From contig CM035357.1 in NCBI GenBank assembly GCA_020137815.1, forward strand, positions 248,001 to 312,000: a DNA stretch of 64,000 nucleotides. The letters run 5' to 3'. This document shows, in pieces, positions 1 to 13,000 of the stretch. A model generated the notes under the pieces. It was not told where the DNA came from. It saw only the letters and a program-made list of their open reading frames with translations, and did not search any database. The stretch is from Hormiphora californensis (taxonomy: Eukaryota > Animalia > Ctenophora). Both the position numbers and the translations under genes were made by a program. How positions within the stretch are numbered: the stretch's first letter is position 1; every line of letters starts with the position of its first letter.

Positions 1-3000
1 CCCAGCCTGCCCGATCTGAATACTGGTTGCTCCTTCATAAAATACTAACGGTGGTCGTCCCTCCTGCTACCCCCCCAGCACTAGTTTCCTATAACAAGTA
101 CAGCTCAGTGCTCTTTTCAGTTATAGCATCCCTACAGACAGGCTCACCCCTCGACCCAGACAGCTTCCTGCAGATATGCCCACCTGTCTCAGAGGACTCG
201 TTCTATAAGAACGTCTGTTTGACTCCTGGATTAGCGGGCCTAGCTGCCTACACGATCCTAAAATATCCCATCCCCTCCATCCTCCCACACATCTCAGCTC
301 TGATTTCCATCTCCCATAACTCATCCCTGGCACTGTGTGGCACCCTTCTCTATCCCCTCACCATCATCGGCCGGAACAACCCCCACCTGGCTGAAACAGT
401 CCAGGACTATGTTGGTAAGATCCTCTCCATGCCTCATGGGGCAGATCGGGACGACTCCTCGGACAGTTATGCAGAGTGTTGCATCACGACAGAGAGCACT
501 TTCTACGGATTAAAACTGGGGCAGGTTCTAACTGATATTACCTTTGCAAAGGGTACCAGCGATGTAGAGGAACAGTTAGGGTACCTGAAGACACTGACAC
601 CTGTCACTGCCTCTCTAATGATTCACTGTCTGGTGCTGAAGAAAGACCGGCCATCTAGGAAACTTATCAGCTATCTCGGGCTAGCAGACGACAGTACCAA
701 TGTTGCTATCCTGACATTCATGCTGATGCACACTCGACTCATTATTGAAGGGAAGTGTCCCCAGACTAAGAAATTCATCTACGTGTACATCCTCTCTTTA
801 CCTGATCTGTTCCGCAGAGCTTCCATCGGTAATCTCCGTCGAGCTCTAAAGGTCATCTCCAGAAGTGAGGATGTGTTCCTAAACAACGTTTTCTACGAGG
901 TCTATTTTAACTCTCTCCTGCAACTCTGGATGGATCACGGAGGGGAGGTTGGGGAGAGGTTACTTCATCTCCTACACAACCACACCCCCCGTCAGGTACA
1001 GGTGGTCAGTGTCATTGTGAGGAGGATGTGTGCTAGTGATAGGGAGGTAGAGGAGTATGTGATTGCTAACATTGTAACCAAGAGTCTGTTAAACCATAGC
1101 AACAATGACGTTGTCATTGGCAACGGTATTGACGCCCTTACATTCCTGTGTAAAGTGTCAGGTAATTACCGGTCCTATGAGAGGGTGGTGGAGGTTTACA
1201 TGGATAAATCTGAGAGTGCCAGTATCGCACTACCACTATGTTTCTGGTACAGCGAATACATTGAATACCTGGCATCACTCATGGAGGGATCTGCTCTTGG
1301 TGATATAAGACAGTTTGGACAGACGAGCGAGGCAGCACACAAGGCCTTCTTTGCCAAGACATCAGGGTGTGTTGAGAAACTGTGGCATTTTACCAGGCAC
1401 ATTGACAGTGAAACAGCAGGGATGGCGTATAAGGGTTTGCTGAATTCAGGGCTCTTCTTTTTAACTGATACAGCAGAGGTGATGGATGAGGTGTTGTATT
1501 TGTTCAGTTGTTATGACTACCCTAAATACTCGGAGCAGTTCGTTGCAGGAGTTGATCACTATGGAGTTGAATAAAAACCCACCGACAATTGGAACCAGGT
1601 AGTGGGCCCAACTGGTCTAAGAAGCTGCTAGAGTCCGTCAAGGGTCAGGAGAATAACCCCTGCTCAACCTGTTGTCAACTCCTTGTTTTCCTTCCAAAAA
1701 GTTGTCTTCAACGCAAGTCGTAGATCAACATAAGAAGCAGCTTAACAAGAGTCTCAGCGCTGTTGTTCAAACTATTGGAACGTTCCTGCTGCTAAGTCAA
1801 TCATTATTTGACTCTGTGTATTCGATGGGATTCAGTTAGTTGAGGGATGGTGTCACTTTTATGACTCAGTACCTTGATGCGATCATTTCCACCCCGACCT
1901 ACCAGAACGCACCCTCGAACCGCAACTGTACAAACCTATGGAACAGAAGCTTACTGACGCCAAACGAAAAGGTGAAGGATGAGGTCCAACAGCATCTAGC
2001 AAAGCTTATCAGATCAAGCAGATTGATACCAGGAGAATGACCCTAAACGTTCTCACCATCACTGGTCTGGATTATGCGTACTTCAAACTCGGACAGGAAC
2101 ACAAACTCGATCTGAACTTTCGTGAAAATCTGGGTGGTGGGATAATGAGAAACATGCTGAGAGTGCAGTCTAATACCAGTAACACTGAGACGTATTGCGT
2201 TATCCTGTTGTGTATGTCACGGTTAGCCCAGGTACTGCAGCAGATTGATACCATTGGGCTGAGGTTGAATCTGGAGATGTGTGCAAAGAAGCTACAGGAG
2301 AGACCGAATGATGGGTTGTTGACCAACTGTGCTGCTGTGGCAATTGGAGTTAGCGTGCACTCCTTCTATAAGGTGAGAAATCAATAACTTATAGTGACTC
2401 TAGAGGGCGTTAATAAGATATTTTAACCCTATTTTGTTAATTTTATCATCTGCTTTTTTCCAAATTCCAAGTTAAATTAATACCCCCCCTCCGTACAGGT
2501 GAACCCTAAACACAATCTAAACAAGGACGCTCTTCAAATCCTCCTGAATGGACCCTACTATCTTGGTCTCTCATTCTGTGTTGATTCATTCTTTAACTCC
2601 AACCAGATCGGCAAAGTGGATAGGTTAGTAGTGGTCATAGTAGTCATCATAATCAGGAGTGTTAAATAAAATAAAACCCAATAAAGAGGATGTTTTGTTC
2701 TCCAATAAAGAGGATGCACAATTGGAGGATGTACAATTGTCTCTCTAGCGAGCTAGATCATCATTTTCCGTCATGTCATGATTTCATAATCACGTCATAC
2801 AATCTGTATTTTACTATTTTACTACTCACGGCGTGCCTGGTGAAATTTTAACACGACCTAGCATGCGACGGGAAACCACCACTTGTACGTGGTAGCTGAG
2901 GGTCTACAGAATGGCGCTACGGTGCGGGAAAAAACATTCCATTCCCTAAAATCTTTTTTTTTACTTTTTGTATTTGATTTGGGTCAAAATTGGCTATATT

Positions 3001-5821
3001 AAACGTGGTCCCGAAAAATCCATAATGACTTAGCACACGAAATATGTCACCCCCACCTATTTTTGCACGTAGAATCGATTGCCGTTAAAGTCGAATCTCT
3101 AAAATGACTGTAAAATGGTCAAAAGTTGATTTTTTACCATTTTTTGGAGGTTTTTGGCCCCTAAACCATTGAAAACGTTGAGATATGAATTTGAAACTAG
3201 TGCCAATCGTTAAAATGGTCATTTTTCTACCAAGAACCAAGTTTTCGTGTATATCCGATTTATGGTTAGATTTGGGCAAATTGTTGAAATCTGCCAACTA
3301 GGAGAACCGTAACTTGATTTTCTTGTTTTTTGGATTTTGGCATTTTTGACAAACTTCTGATTGAAATGGTCAATCGGGACCATGCTTAAGTTGTTTATGG
3401 GACAATTTTCGACTAAAATCCAAGATTTCATACCAATCCAATAACAGATCGTTGATTTATAGAAAATTTAAGTAGGCAAAACGGTCAAAATGACAACTTT
3501 TCTTGCTTATTTTGACCGTTTTGCCTACTTAAATTTTCTATAAATCAACGATTTGTTATTGGATTGGTATGAAATCTTGGATTTTAGTCGAAAATTGTCC
3601 CATAAACAACTTAAGCATGGTCCCGATTGACCATTTCAATCAGAAGTTTGTCAAAAATGCCAAAATCCAAAAAACAAGAAAATCAAGTTACGGTTCTCCT
3701 AGTTGGCAGATTTCAACAATTTGCCCAAATCTAACCATAAATCGGATATACACGAAAACTTGGTTCTTGGTAGAAAAATGACCATTTTAACGATTGGCAC
3801 TAGTTTCAAATTCATATCTCAACGTTTTCAATGGTTTAGGGGCCAAAAACCTCCAAAAAATGGTAAAAAAATCAACTTTTGACCATTTTACAGTCATTTT
3901 AGAGATTCGACTTCAACGGCAATCGATTCTACGTGCAAAAATAGGTGGGGGTGACATATTTCGTGTGCTAAGTCATTATGGATTTTTCGGGACCACGTTT
4001 AATATAGCCAATTTTGACCCAAATCAAATAAAAGTAAAAAAAAAGATTTTAGGGAATGGAATGTTTTTTCCCGCACCGTAGCGCCATTCTGTAGACCCTC
4101 AGCTACCACGTACAAGTGGTGGTTTCCCGTCGCATGCTAGGTCGTGTTAAAATTTCACCAGGCACGCCGTGTACTCATCAGGTTTTTTGGCCCCCCCCCC
4201 CCGCCCCAAGTTAACATGTCGCCAACACCTCCCCCCAATCAGGTTCATAGCGGAGTTTCAGCAAGATATAGTGACTGATGTAACTGGGGACATGACTGCA
4301 GATCACATCCTCTTTATCGGGTTGTTATTGGTGTTTTCTGTGTATGTGAACATGGATCATATCCAGGAAGTTGATGATTTCCTGGGTTATCTCAACAATG
4401 AAATAGTAAACTCAACTCGGTCTGAAGATCTAGAGATCCTGCTAATCACTCAAGGGTTCATCCTCCATTTCCTGTCCTCCTGGCAGGAATCCCAACAGGT
4501 TTGGCGTGATCTCTACTCTGATGTGGTCAGTCAGCTAGCCGGGAAATACAACGAGGAGAGCTGCGCTAAACCCGTTCTCTCCGCTCTAACGGGGTTCCCC
4601 TTTACACCCCTGGTTACCTGGTTTGACTGGGGTCCTAATTTGGAGTTCTCGACTGTGATGGATCGTTACCTGGTTTTGAGTGAGGGTGCTGGTTACCCAG
4701 AGGGAGCTCTAACCTCCCTAATGACTGCACGATATCTACAGAGTCATGCTCCCTGTATGAGGTTGAGGTTCAACCCCATCGCTAACCCACTATGGAGCAG
4801 AGTGTGTGATATGTTGGTTGTGGATAACACTGAGAAGAGAAAGACACGGTTCATATTGGATGTTCTATCACATGTTAAAAGGAGGCTACCTATTAACAAT
4901 CCCGTCCAGCTGCTGGTCAGTCTTTACACTCGGACAACACTGAAAGTGGATGTTCTCAAGTTCGCTGCGACCCATATTACCTACACTCATCCTGTATACA
5001 TGGAGTTTATATCACGGTTCCTCACCCTCTCCATCTTCCCTCTCCTCCCTGCTGAGGGACAGAATGAGCTAATGAAGCTGCTTCCAACCTACATCTATCA
5101 GATTAAGGAGGGCACAGGATGGACGTATAAGAGCTTCTTCAGTACATTCCTCAGCGAGGTGTTCTGGCAGGGAGGCAAGGAGTTGAGGTTAACTCTGTTA
5201 GAGGTAATGGAATCCTTCATCGACCCCAAACAACACCCCACATTCTGTGATGATGCCCTAGCTGGTTTATCCAGCAAGTTCTTTGTGACCTCCAAGTTCT
5301 CTGCAGTGTTGGCTAAACAGACCATTCAGAAGATGGGCCATCTAATGAGAGCTGCTGGGTTTATGGAGTTCTCCCAGCTACACGATCAGAGTCTGATAGT
5401 TGAGGAGTGTGTATCAGCAGGGTACCATGTCCCCAAACTCACTCAGACGTTCTTTAACAGTTATCTAGATCAGGAAAATGTGGCATCGCTACAAAGGACA
5501 ATGGTCAGAATTCTCTTGTCGTTATCTAAGGACGATGCGTATGGGTTATTGGTGGGGTTGATAGAAAGGGCCAAGGTTGAGTTCACAAAAAACCCAAAAG
5601 ACTTTATGAAACCTGGGGTGGCTTGCATGAATTCTGTGATGTTTGCCTTTCTAGTTGAGAGTAATGCAACAAAGTCTCTGGGTCATGGACTTGAACACTT
5701 TGCATATTTGGGTTATTTCCTGGAGCCGGAGATTAACTCTAAGTGTGTGTTAGAGGTGTTACAAAACCAGGAGCCGTGGAACAGATTGATACGTTTATAC
5801 AATGACTTTTTTGAGGCCTGA
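1..5821 (+). CDS. Focadhesin (FOCAD/RST1)-like helical-repeat protein, 5'-truncated. Exons <1-2372 (frame-disrupted at about 1550-2040), 2499-2623, 4243-5821
   Basis: Long ORFs 27-1574, 2037-2387 and 4169-5821 join through in-phase GT-AG introns (AAG|gtgaga 2373, tacag|GTG 2499, AG|gttagt 2624, atcag|G 4243). GIDALTFLCK...CVEKLWHFTRHIDSETAGMAYKGLLN resembles my recollection of focadhesin (GLHALCQ...VLSFLWTHTQNKDPIVANAAYRSLAN); not verified by search. Confidence 0.55.
2827..4171. mobile_element. Non-autonomous foldback DNA transposon, Chapaev/CMC-like, in an intron of the focadhesin-like gene
   Basis: Near-perfect palindrome with about 665-bp arms and a spacer at 3492-3508. Termini CACGG...CCGTG. 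4-bp target duplication TACT (2823-2826, 4172-4175). CAC termini with a 4-bp TSD fit Chapaev. Confidence 0.85.
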
Positions 5822-6493
5822 ACTTATTGGGTGTTTTTTAGAGATAAACGGGTTTGTCTTCGTGCAACGGGAAATTGCATGAATTATGAATGTGTGCGTA
5901 TGCGTTTTTTCTTATACCTCGTACTGAATAAAACAAATCACTCAGTGAAACCAGCTCCCGAGCACCGCTAGTAATACTATATTTCACTGTATATAGTGAG
6001 CACCGCTAGATACTATATTTCACTGTAATGCGATTGGCGCCTTTTGTATGCAAGTTTCTCTTAGTTTCATTTCTCTTGTAGTTTACTGGATTGCAACAAC
6101 ATATTATGCCGGGTAGCATATTAAGCTTCACTTAGATATATACTATTGTGTCAAGCAGGTGCCAGTCAGGCACCTGAAACCTATAATGATAAAACACATA
6201 CGCACACGAGTTACCAATACAGTTGTAGCAGTGCTACAGTAGCACAGAGCAGTTTTAGGGGGCATGATATATTTACATATTGTGATATTATATGTATTGA
6301 TTATAATATGTATCATGCGGTGTTTTCAATACTAATTTATATACAATTTGGGATTCCCACTTTCCGTGTTTTACTAACTATTTAATCTCTTATCCCTACC
6401 CCTTTCTTCTACCACCCTTTGAACACCTTGTTGTGTGAGAGCTATGTGCATAATTCACCCCCTTTTTGTTAGATTTCAGCGAATCGAGAGTCA

Positions 6494-6530
<37 letters not shown>

Positions 6531-6781
6531 TTGTTGTTTCGTTCAAGCACATAATATATTCATTTAACCAATCACCCTGTTTCACACAGCTCTACTCGCA
6601 TTGGCTATATTCAAAGCTAACATAAATGCAGTGTGGAACCTTCTTTTGTTAGCTTTACCCAATAGCAGTGCGATGATAGCAGTGCGCTATAAAAATATAT
6701 TCTTCAAGCGTACTCTTGAACAACATATGTGTTATGCTACCATTTTGCTTAGTGGACTCGCTACCCTTTTATTAATATGTG

Positions 6782-6867
6782 CAGTCGGAACCCGATTTAA
6801 CGGCATCCTCAGGGGAAAGGGTTTTGTCCGTTAAACCGGGGTCCCCGTTAAATCGGGGTTCGACTGT
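6782..6867. mobile_element. Short MITE with CAGT termini (Tc1/mariner-like)
   Basis: cagtcggaacccgatttaacgg ... ccgttaaatcggggttcgactg|ta. Related copies at about 21504-21596 and 27237-27339. Confidence 0.6.
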
Positions 6868-7440
6868 ATTATTTTGCGTAGAGTCAATTCTATTGCACTC
6901 ACATTATATATTACATCATGATGATAGTTATAAGTGCAGTTGAAAGTCTGTTGTTGCTGGTCAGGATAATGGTGTTCCTTGAGACCATGTTATGTAATGA
7001 ACACCATGTTCATTGTTATAGTCTCTTTGTTAGTTGGGCATTGTGTCATTTGACGAGCATTATATGTTCCCACATTTGACGACCATTATGTTCCTGCACT
7101 CTGTGCAGTTTCATTGTATCCCACTAACTCTGATCTTAATTAGACGAGATATACCTGCCCCCCCTTGCTCAACAGCTAGTTAGACACATAGATCTGGTCT
7201 GCCCTGCGTGTTGTAATAAGCCCTGTGTGCAGTACGCTGTGAATGTCGCCACTAGCTTTGTGCATTTATGTAAAAAAGACCACATGTGTAATAATCTACA
7301 TTTTACCTCGACTACTTGTTCTCTCGCACGTACGAGTGATGGCTTAAAGGTCGTGTTAAAAGGCACGCCGTGTTTTGTCTAGTAAGGCAGTATTTGGCTG
7401 CAAAAAAACAAACGTGTTCAAACTATCAACAAATTAATTT

Positions 7441-8464
7441 GTAGGCTAGTCGCTTTTTGTAATTTTGGGGCCATTTGGTGAACTGAGACATAACAAAGGT
7501 TTTCCACTTGCATTGTACTCCTATGGGGTCCCAGAAACACCAAAAAAAATCGTCCACTCCAACCGAAGTGAAGAAAGTGCCCAAAATGACCACGCCCTTT
7601 TGCCTGCATTTTCAGCCTTGGCCAAAAATAGCAACTTTGCTTTGGATTGGAGTAGAGACCAAATTCCAAAATGAGGGCACTAAAATGTGTAGAATGAGCA
7701 GCAGAATCGATTGGGACCAGGCAGAAGTCGCTATCTTGTCAACTTCGAGAGATAATTAAATAATTAAGTATGCGCATAACCGTTTTTGAGCCATACGGCT
7801 ATAGCCACTCAGGAGCGGTTTCGACAATTTTCCTTCACAGGAGCTTGTTCAGCATATAAAAATTAGCGGGGGTAACAAATATCAAGTTTCTATCGCTTCA
7901 GGTCAATGCGTTATTTAACTTCAAAGATCGAAAAATGAGGGTAAAAAGTCGAAATTTGGTCATTTTCTCTCATTTTCCCCTCATTTTTCGATCTATGAAT
8001 TTGAATAACGCATTGACCTTTAACGATAGAAACTTCAAATTTGTTACCCCCACTAATTTTTATATGCCGAACAAGCTCCTGTAAAGGAAAATTGTCGAAA
8101 CTGCTCCTGAGTGGCTATAGCCGTATGGCTCAAAAACGGTTATGCGCATACTTAATTATTTAATTATCTCTCGAAGTTGACAAGATAGCGACTTCTGCCT
8201 GGTCCCAATCGATTCTGCTGCTCATTCTACACATTTTAGTGCCCTCATTTTGGAATTTGGTCTCTACTCCAATCCAAAGCAAAGTTGCTATTTTTGGCCA
8301 AGGCTGAAAATACAGGCAAAAGGGCGTGGTCATTTTGGGCACTTTCTTCACCTCGGTTGGAGTGGACGATTTTTTGGTGTTTCTGGGACCCCATAGGAGT
8401 ACAATGCAAGTGGAAAACCTTTGTTATGTCTCAGTTCACCATTTTAGCAAAAATCGACTGGCCT
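7441..8464. mobile_element. Second foldback (long inverted-repeat) element, intergenic
   Basis: Arms at about 7476-7950 and 7970-8441 are reverse complements with scattered mismatches. A solo end resembling the first foldback (ggtcgtgttaaaa..ggcacgccgtg) lies at 7349-7372. No TSD resolved. Confidence 0.7.
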
Positions 8465-9880
8465 ATTGTTTAAAATAGTAAACAAAAGTGTGTTAAAACA
8501 CTTTTTCAAACCCAAATTAATTTGTTTAAAGTACATAGTAAACAAAAGTGTGTTAAAACACTTTTTCAAAACCAAATTAATTTGATTCTGATGAAGAAGT
8601 CATGTACATCTAATCGAAATTAATTGCGTTTTACTTCAACAAAACCTGTCGCTGCCTACTCTCTTTGTCCAGCCGGAAGGAGACCAATATAAACTTCCTC
8701 ACTTACTATAATATGGCGCTAATGAACTATCAACCGATTCTTGTTCTTTACCATCTATAAGCACTCCTTTATATTCCTACATCATCTGTCTTGCAGTAAC
8801 AGCAGTTAGGCAGCTTTTACATAAAAACATTGCATTCGTATGGCATGTAATACTCTCAGGGTCTCTGGAGTTACCTTACCCTGTTCTTTGTGTAACTCAC
8901 ACTTCATTTTACTTCTGTTTCTTACACGACACGTTGCTTTACATTTCGTAACTGATGATACAATTAGTACACTGGCCTGCTACTCAATATTATATTTAAA
9001 CGATATTCAAATGTTTGGAGAGCAGGCTGCGTCACAGTACATCGCGCTACCAGGACCTTTGTCTCCAGTGATGATATATGTGATATAATGTATTATATTA
9101 TGTAATATATGTCCATTAAAGTCTATGATATACGCTGATTTGGCTCTCTGATTTATATATAAAGCTTCCCACAGTTTTACTTTGCGTTGTTTAGCTCCCT
9201 AGCTGGGTCTATTTTGTTTAAAAGGGCAATTTCTTGATCTCAATATCAACAATATTATCGATACGATCTGTGTCACGTCCATGGCCTATAATATAATGCA
9301 GATCTGCGAGACATCGTGATCTACATATATTATGTCCATGACCTATCTGATCTGCGTGACATGTATGTCAGATAGTTTTAAATTGTGAAATATGTGATAC
9401 GGGAAGTTCTATTTAACCATTGCTGCACTGCTTGCATGATATGGTATGGTATGCACTGCTGCACTGCTGACACTGCCATGGCGTTGTGAACCACTTCCTG
9501 TTCCTCGCGTAGACATTCATATTTCTTTCTAAAAATGCATAAATTTATCAATTATATATATATAGGTTGCACATTGTTAGCATGCCAGGTTGAAAATGCA
9601 GCATTTTCAACATAACTCCCAATTCCCATGCACATTTCCCACGTTCCTTTTCCTCCCATCTTTCACAACCATCTAGACACTTAAACACACCCTCGGTCCT
9701 TCCATGCCCAGTCACCATGCATAAAAAACCCTATCCCTACTGCAGCTCCTGCTGTCGACCCCTCCCCATTACTACTGCCCTCCACCAATACCCCCCCCCC
9801 CCCATAATACTATCTAAACTACCTCCTCCCCCACCTCCCCCACCTCCCCAATACTATCTTAACACTATCTGAATCTCTAT

Positions 9881-10069
9881 CCTATTATAGCGGTATGAAC
9901 ATAACGGGTGGTATGTACACTGCAGCCAATACTACTGCCCTCCCCCTGCCACCCAACCTTCCATCCCCACCTCCCCCACCCAGCCTCCCATCCCACAATA
10001 CTATCTAAACAACCTCCTCTAACCCTATTATAGCGGTATGAACATAACGGGTGGTATGTACACTGCAGC
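9881..10069 (+). repeat. Duplicated acceptor plus start-codon segment of the opsin
   Basis: cctattatagcggtATGaacataacgggtggtatgtacactgcagc occurs at 9881-9926 and 10024-10069. Confidence 0.85.
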
Positions 10070-13000
10070 TGTCCCATCAAATAGCACAGAGATCGATGTT
10101 ATGGGTATCGAACTGAGAGTATCCTTATCTCTTATCATGGCCTGTGTGTGCACTGGCAGTGTCTTCGGTGAGTATACATTGTAATATTATTGATTATTGT
10201 ACATTAATTATATTGGTACATATTACGAATTAAGAGAGGTAAAAGAATTGAGGGAGTTCGGGCAGTGAAATAATATACACTATCACTAGTAATTAGTTGA
10301 CTGTCTGAAAAGAGAGAGAGTCTCTCACTAGTAATTAGTTGACTGTCTGAAAAGAGTCTCTCACACAGAGTTTCCTATAGTACACACACCTGCTGACCAT
10401 GACGTACTGTAGTGTACTATAGTGACAGATCAGTTCTATTATACCCATTACAGTTTCCCCGGAAACTCTCCCGGAAATAATAAAGGGAGGTCTCACAATG
10501 AAAACTTGAGTAAAGAGTACACTGTATACATAGTAGGACTGTCAAATGTTATGTGTTATACATGGTTGTATTATTTGTTGTAGTGTTACTATCGTCCACA
10601 CTCCACTATACTGCTACTATTATTATATTGTAGAGTGTAGGAATGTAGTGTTACTTTGTCATAGTCTTGTGAAACTCTGGACCTCTCTCTTTCCTCTATC
10701 ATTCCCTTCTTTTGTCTATCCTTCTCTCTCTCCCTTTCTCTCTCTATCTTTTAATAATGGCGAATTAATTCTCCGGCTCAAAAGTAGTGAAGATTGACCT
10801 TCCGTGTTTGGGTGTTTTTTCCAATGAAAGATTTCACCATTCCACTTGACAACATTTATTTGATCAAAAGTTTTGATTCAAAACTTATTAGATCATGATT
10901 AGCGCTGAAGTTATCGATATTTTAAAGAAATTTACTAAATCATACTCGGTTATTAGATTATTGTACCCAGTTCTACACAAACTAAATCCCTGTATAATTA
11001 TAGCTCTATAATTGGTCCCCATTTCTTGTTCCGTCTAATTTCATATGTCTTTTTTTAAATCTTTGTTCTGAGCTGTTAATCGGTTTCCTACTACACAATT
11101 AACTATTCGTAGGAACCGACCGAAACAAGTAAACAACCAATCAGAGCTCGTTATTTAGGTCACGTGACTGGTTATCAGCCAATCAGCGACCAGTATTTCC
11201 TGATTCGGTCGGTTCCTGACATTTAACTATTCGTATTGCGCCAGTCGAAACTGCAAATTACAAAAGAGAAGAAAATGGAGGCTAAAATATTGTCCGTGTG
11301 TGTTTGTGTGTTTAGTGAAGTTTCAGTCAATAATGTTAGTGGTTGAGTGGATATATATGCAATGTTAGTGGTTGAGTGGATATATATGCAATGTTAGTGG
11401 TATGCAATGCTAGTGGTGATAATAATGGGCATTATTTCACTTAATTCAGCGATGCTGATCAAACATAAAACCATTATATTGATTTGCTAGTTATCTGAAA
11501 ATCTGAGGCCTACTTAAAACTTTTAACCAGCCACCTCGATCAGATGCGAAGTACTATTTAACAATATTTTACAATTAAAAAGTATTTAAGATCGTAACTA
11601 GCAATAAGTTAAGTAGGCCTCAGATTCTTAGATTCTCAGATAACTAGTAAATCACTAACGGTTTTATGTACGAACATGATGAACTACACCAGCTTGTGTT
11701 ATCTGCTCCTACTCCTTGGTGTGATGGTGATGGGCCTGATCACTGTGATTATATGTGACCTGCTCTTGGGATTAATTAGTTTCTCACACAAGATTAGGTT
11801 TAATCTTGTGTGAAATCTTGTATTCACACATACTAGCCAAGAAGAACGGGGGCCCCAGAAGAACATACACGATTAACATCTCCCAACATACAAGATGTGT
11901 TGATGTGTACGAGATTAAATGCCGGCATAATTGAGGGGGGCATCCGGCATATAAATTGTTTTCTTGAGATTTTCATTTCTTCCAGCTACTTTCACTGAGT
12001 GTTGTGGTCGACAGTGAAATACCAACCATAAACACTTGTTAGAGCAGGGAAACCCCAAACAATTACAGCAATAATTATGTCTTGAAAACATGTAAAACAT
12101 CCAGACCACCAGCGGTAATTAACCACCCCCTGCCTTGTTCGACCCTCTCCAACAACATCACAACTACCCCCCTCCTTCCCAGGTAACATGTTGGTATTTA
12201 TACCTTCCCCCCTTCCCAGGTATTTATATGTTCGACCATCTCTCTCCAATACCCCTCTGTTTCAGGTAACATGCTGGTGTTTATATCACTAGTGAAGGAA
12301 CGACCACTGCCAAACCCTGCCGTCGAGATGATCTTCAGACACCTCTCCCTGGCTAACTTGGTGTTGGCAGGAATAGGAGAACCACTCGTGGTGGTATCTC
12401 TTGCAGCAGGTACTTGTCTGTTTGTTTGTTTGTCTGTTTGTGTGTCTGTTTGTTTGTTTGGTGGTGTCTCTAGCAGCAGGTATTATACTTGTCTGTGTGT
12501 GTTTGTTTGTTTGGTTGTATGTTTGTTTGTTTGTTTGTTTGTCTGTTTGTTTGTTTGTTTGTTTGTTTGTTTGTTTGTTTGTTTGTTTGTTTGTTTGTTT
12601 GTTTGTTCGTTTGTTTGTTTGTTTGTTTATTTGTTTGTGTGTGGTCTCTCTTGCAGCAGGTATACTTGTTTGTTTGTTTGTTTGTCTGTTTGTGTGTTTG
12701 TCTGTTCGTTTGTTTGTTTGTTTGTTTGTTTGTTTGTTTGGTGGTCTCTCTTGCAGCAGGTATTATACTTGTCTGTGTGTGTTTGTTTGTTTGGTTGTAT
12801 GTTTGTTTGTTTGTTTGTTTGTTTGTTTGTCTGTTTGTTTGTTTGTTTGTTTGTTTGTTTGTTTGTTTGTTTGTTTGTTTGTTTGTTTGTTTGTTTGTTT
12901 GTTTGTTTGTTTGTTTGTTCGTTTGTTTGTTTGTTTGTTTGTTTGTTTGTTTGTGTGTGGTCTCTCTTGCAGCAGGTATACTTGTTTGTTTGTTTGTTTG

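Noticed and set aside
3085-4081. Mirror-image ORFs in the foldback elements (also 7418-8473 and 41525-43201)
   Set aside because: By-products of palindromic non-coding DNA with no transposase motifs.
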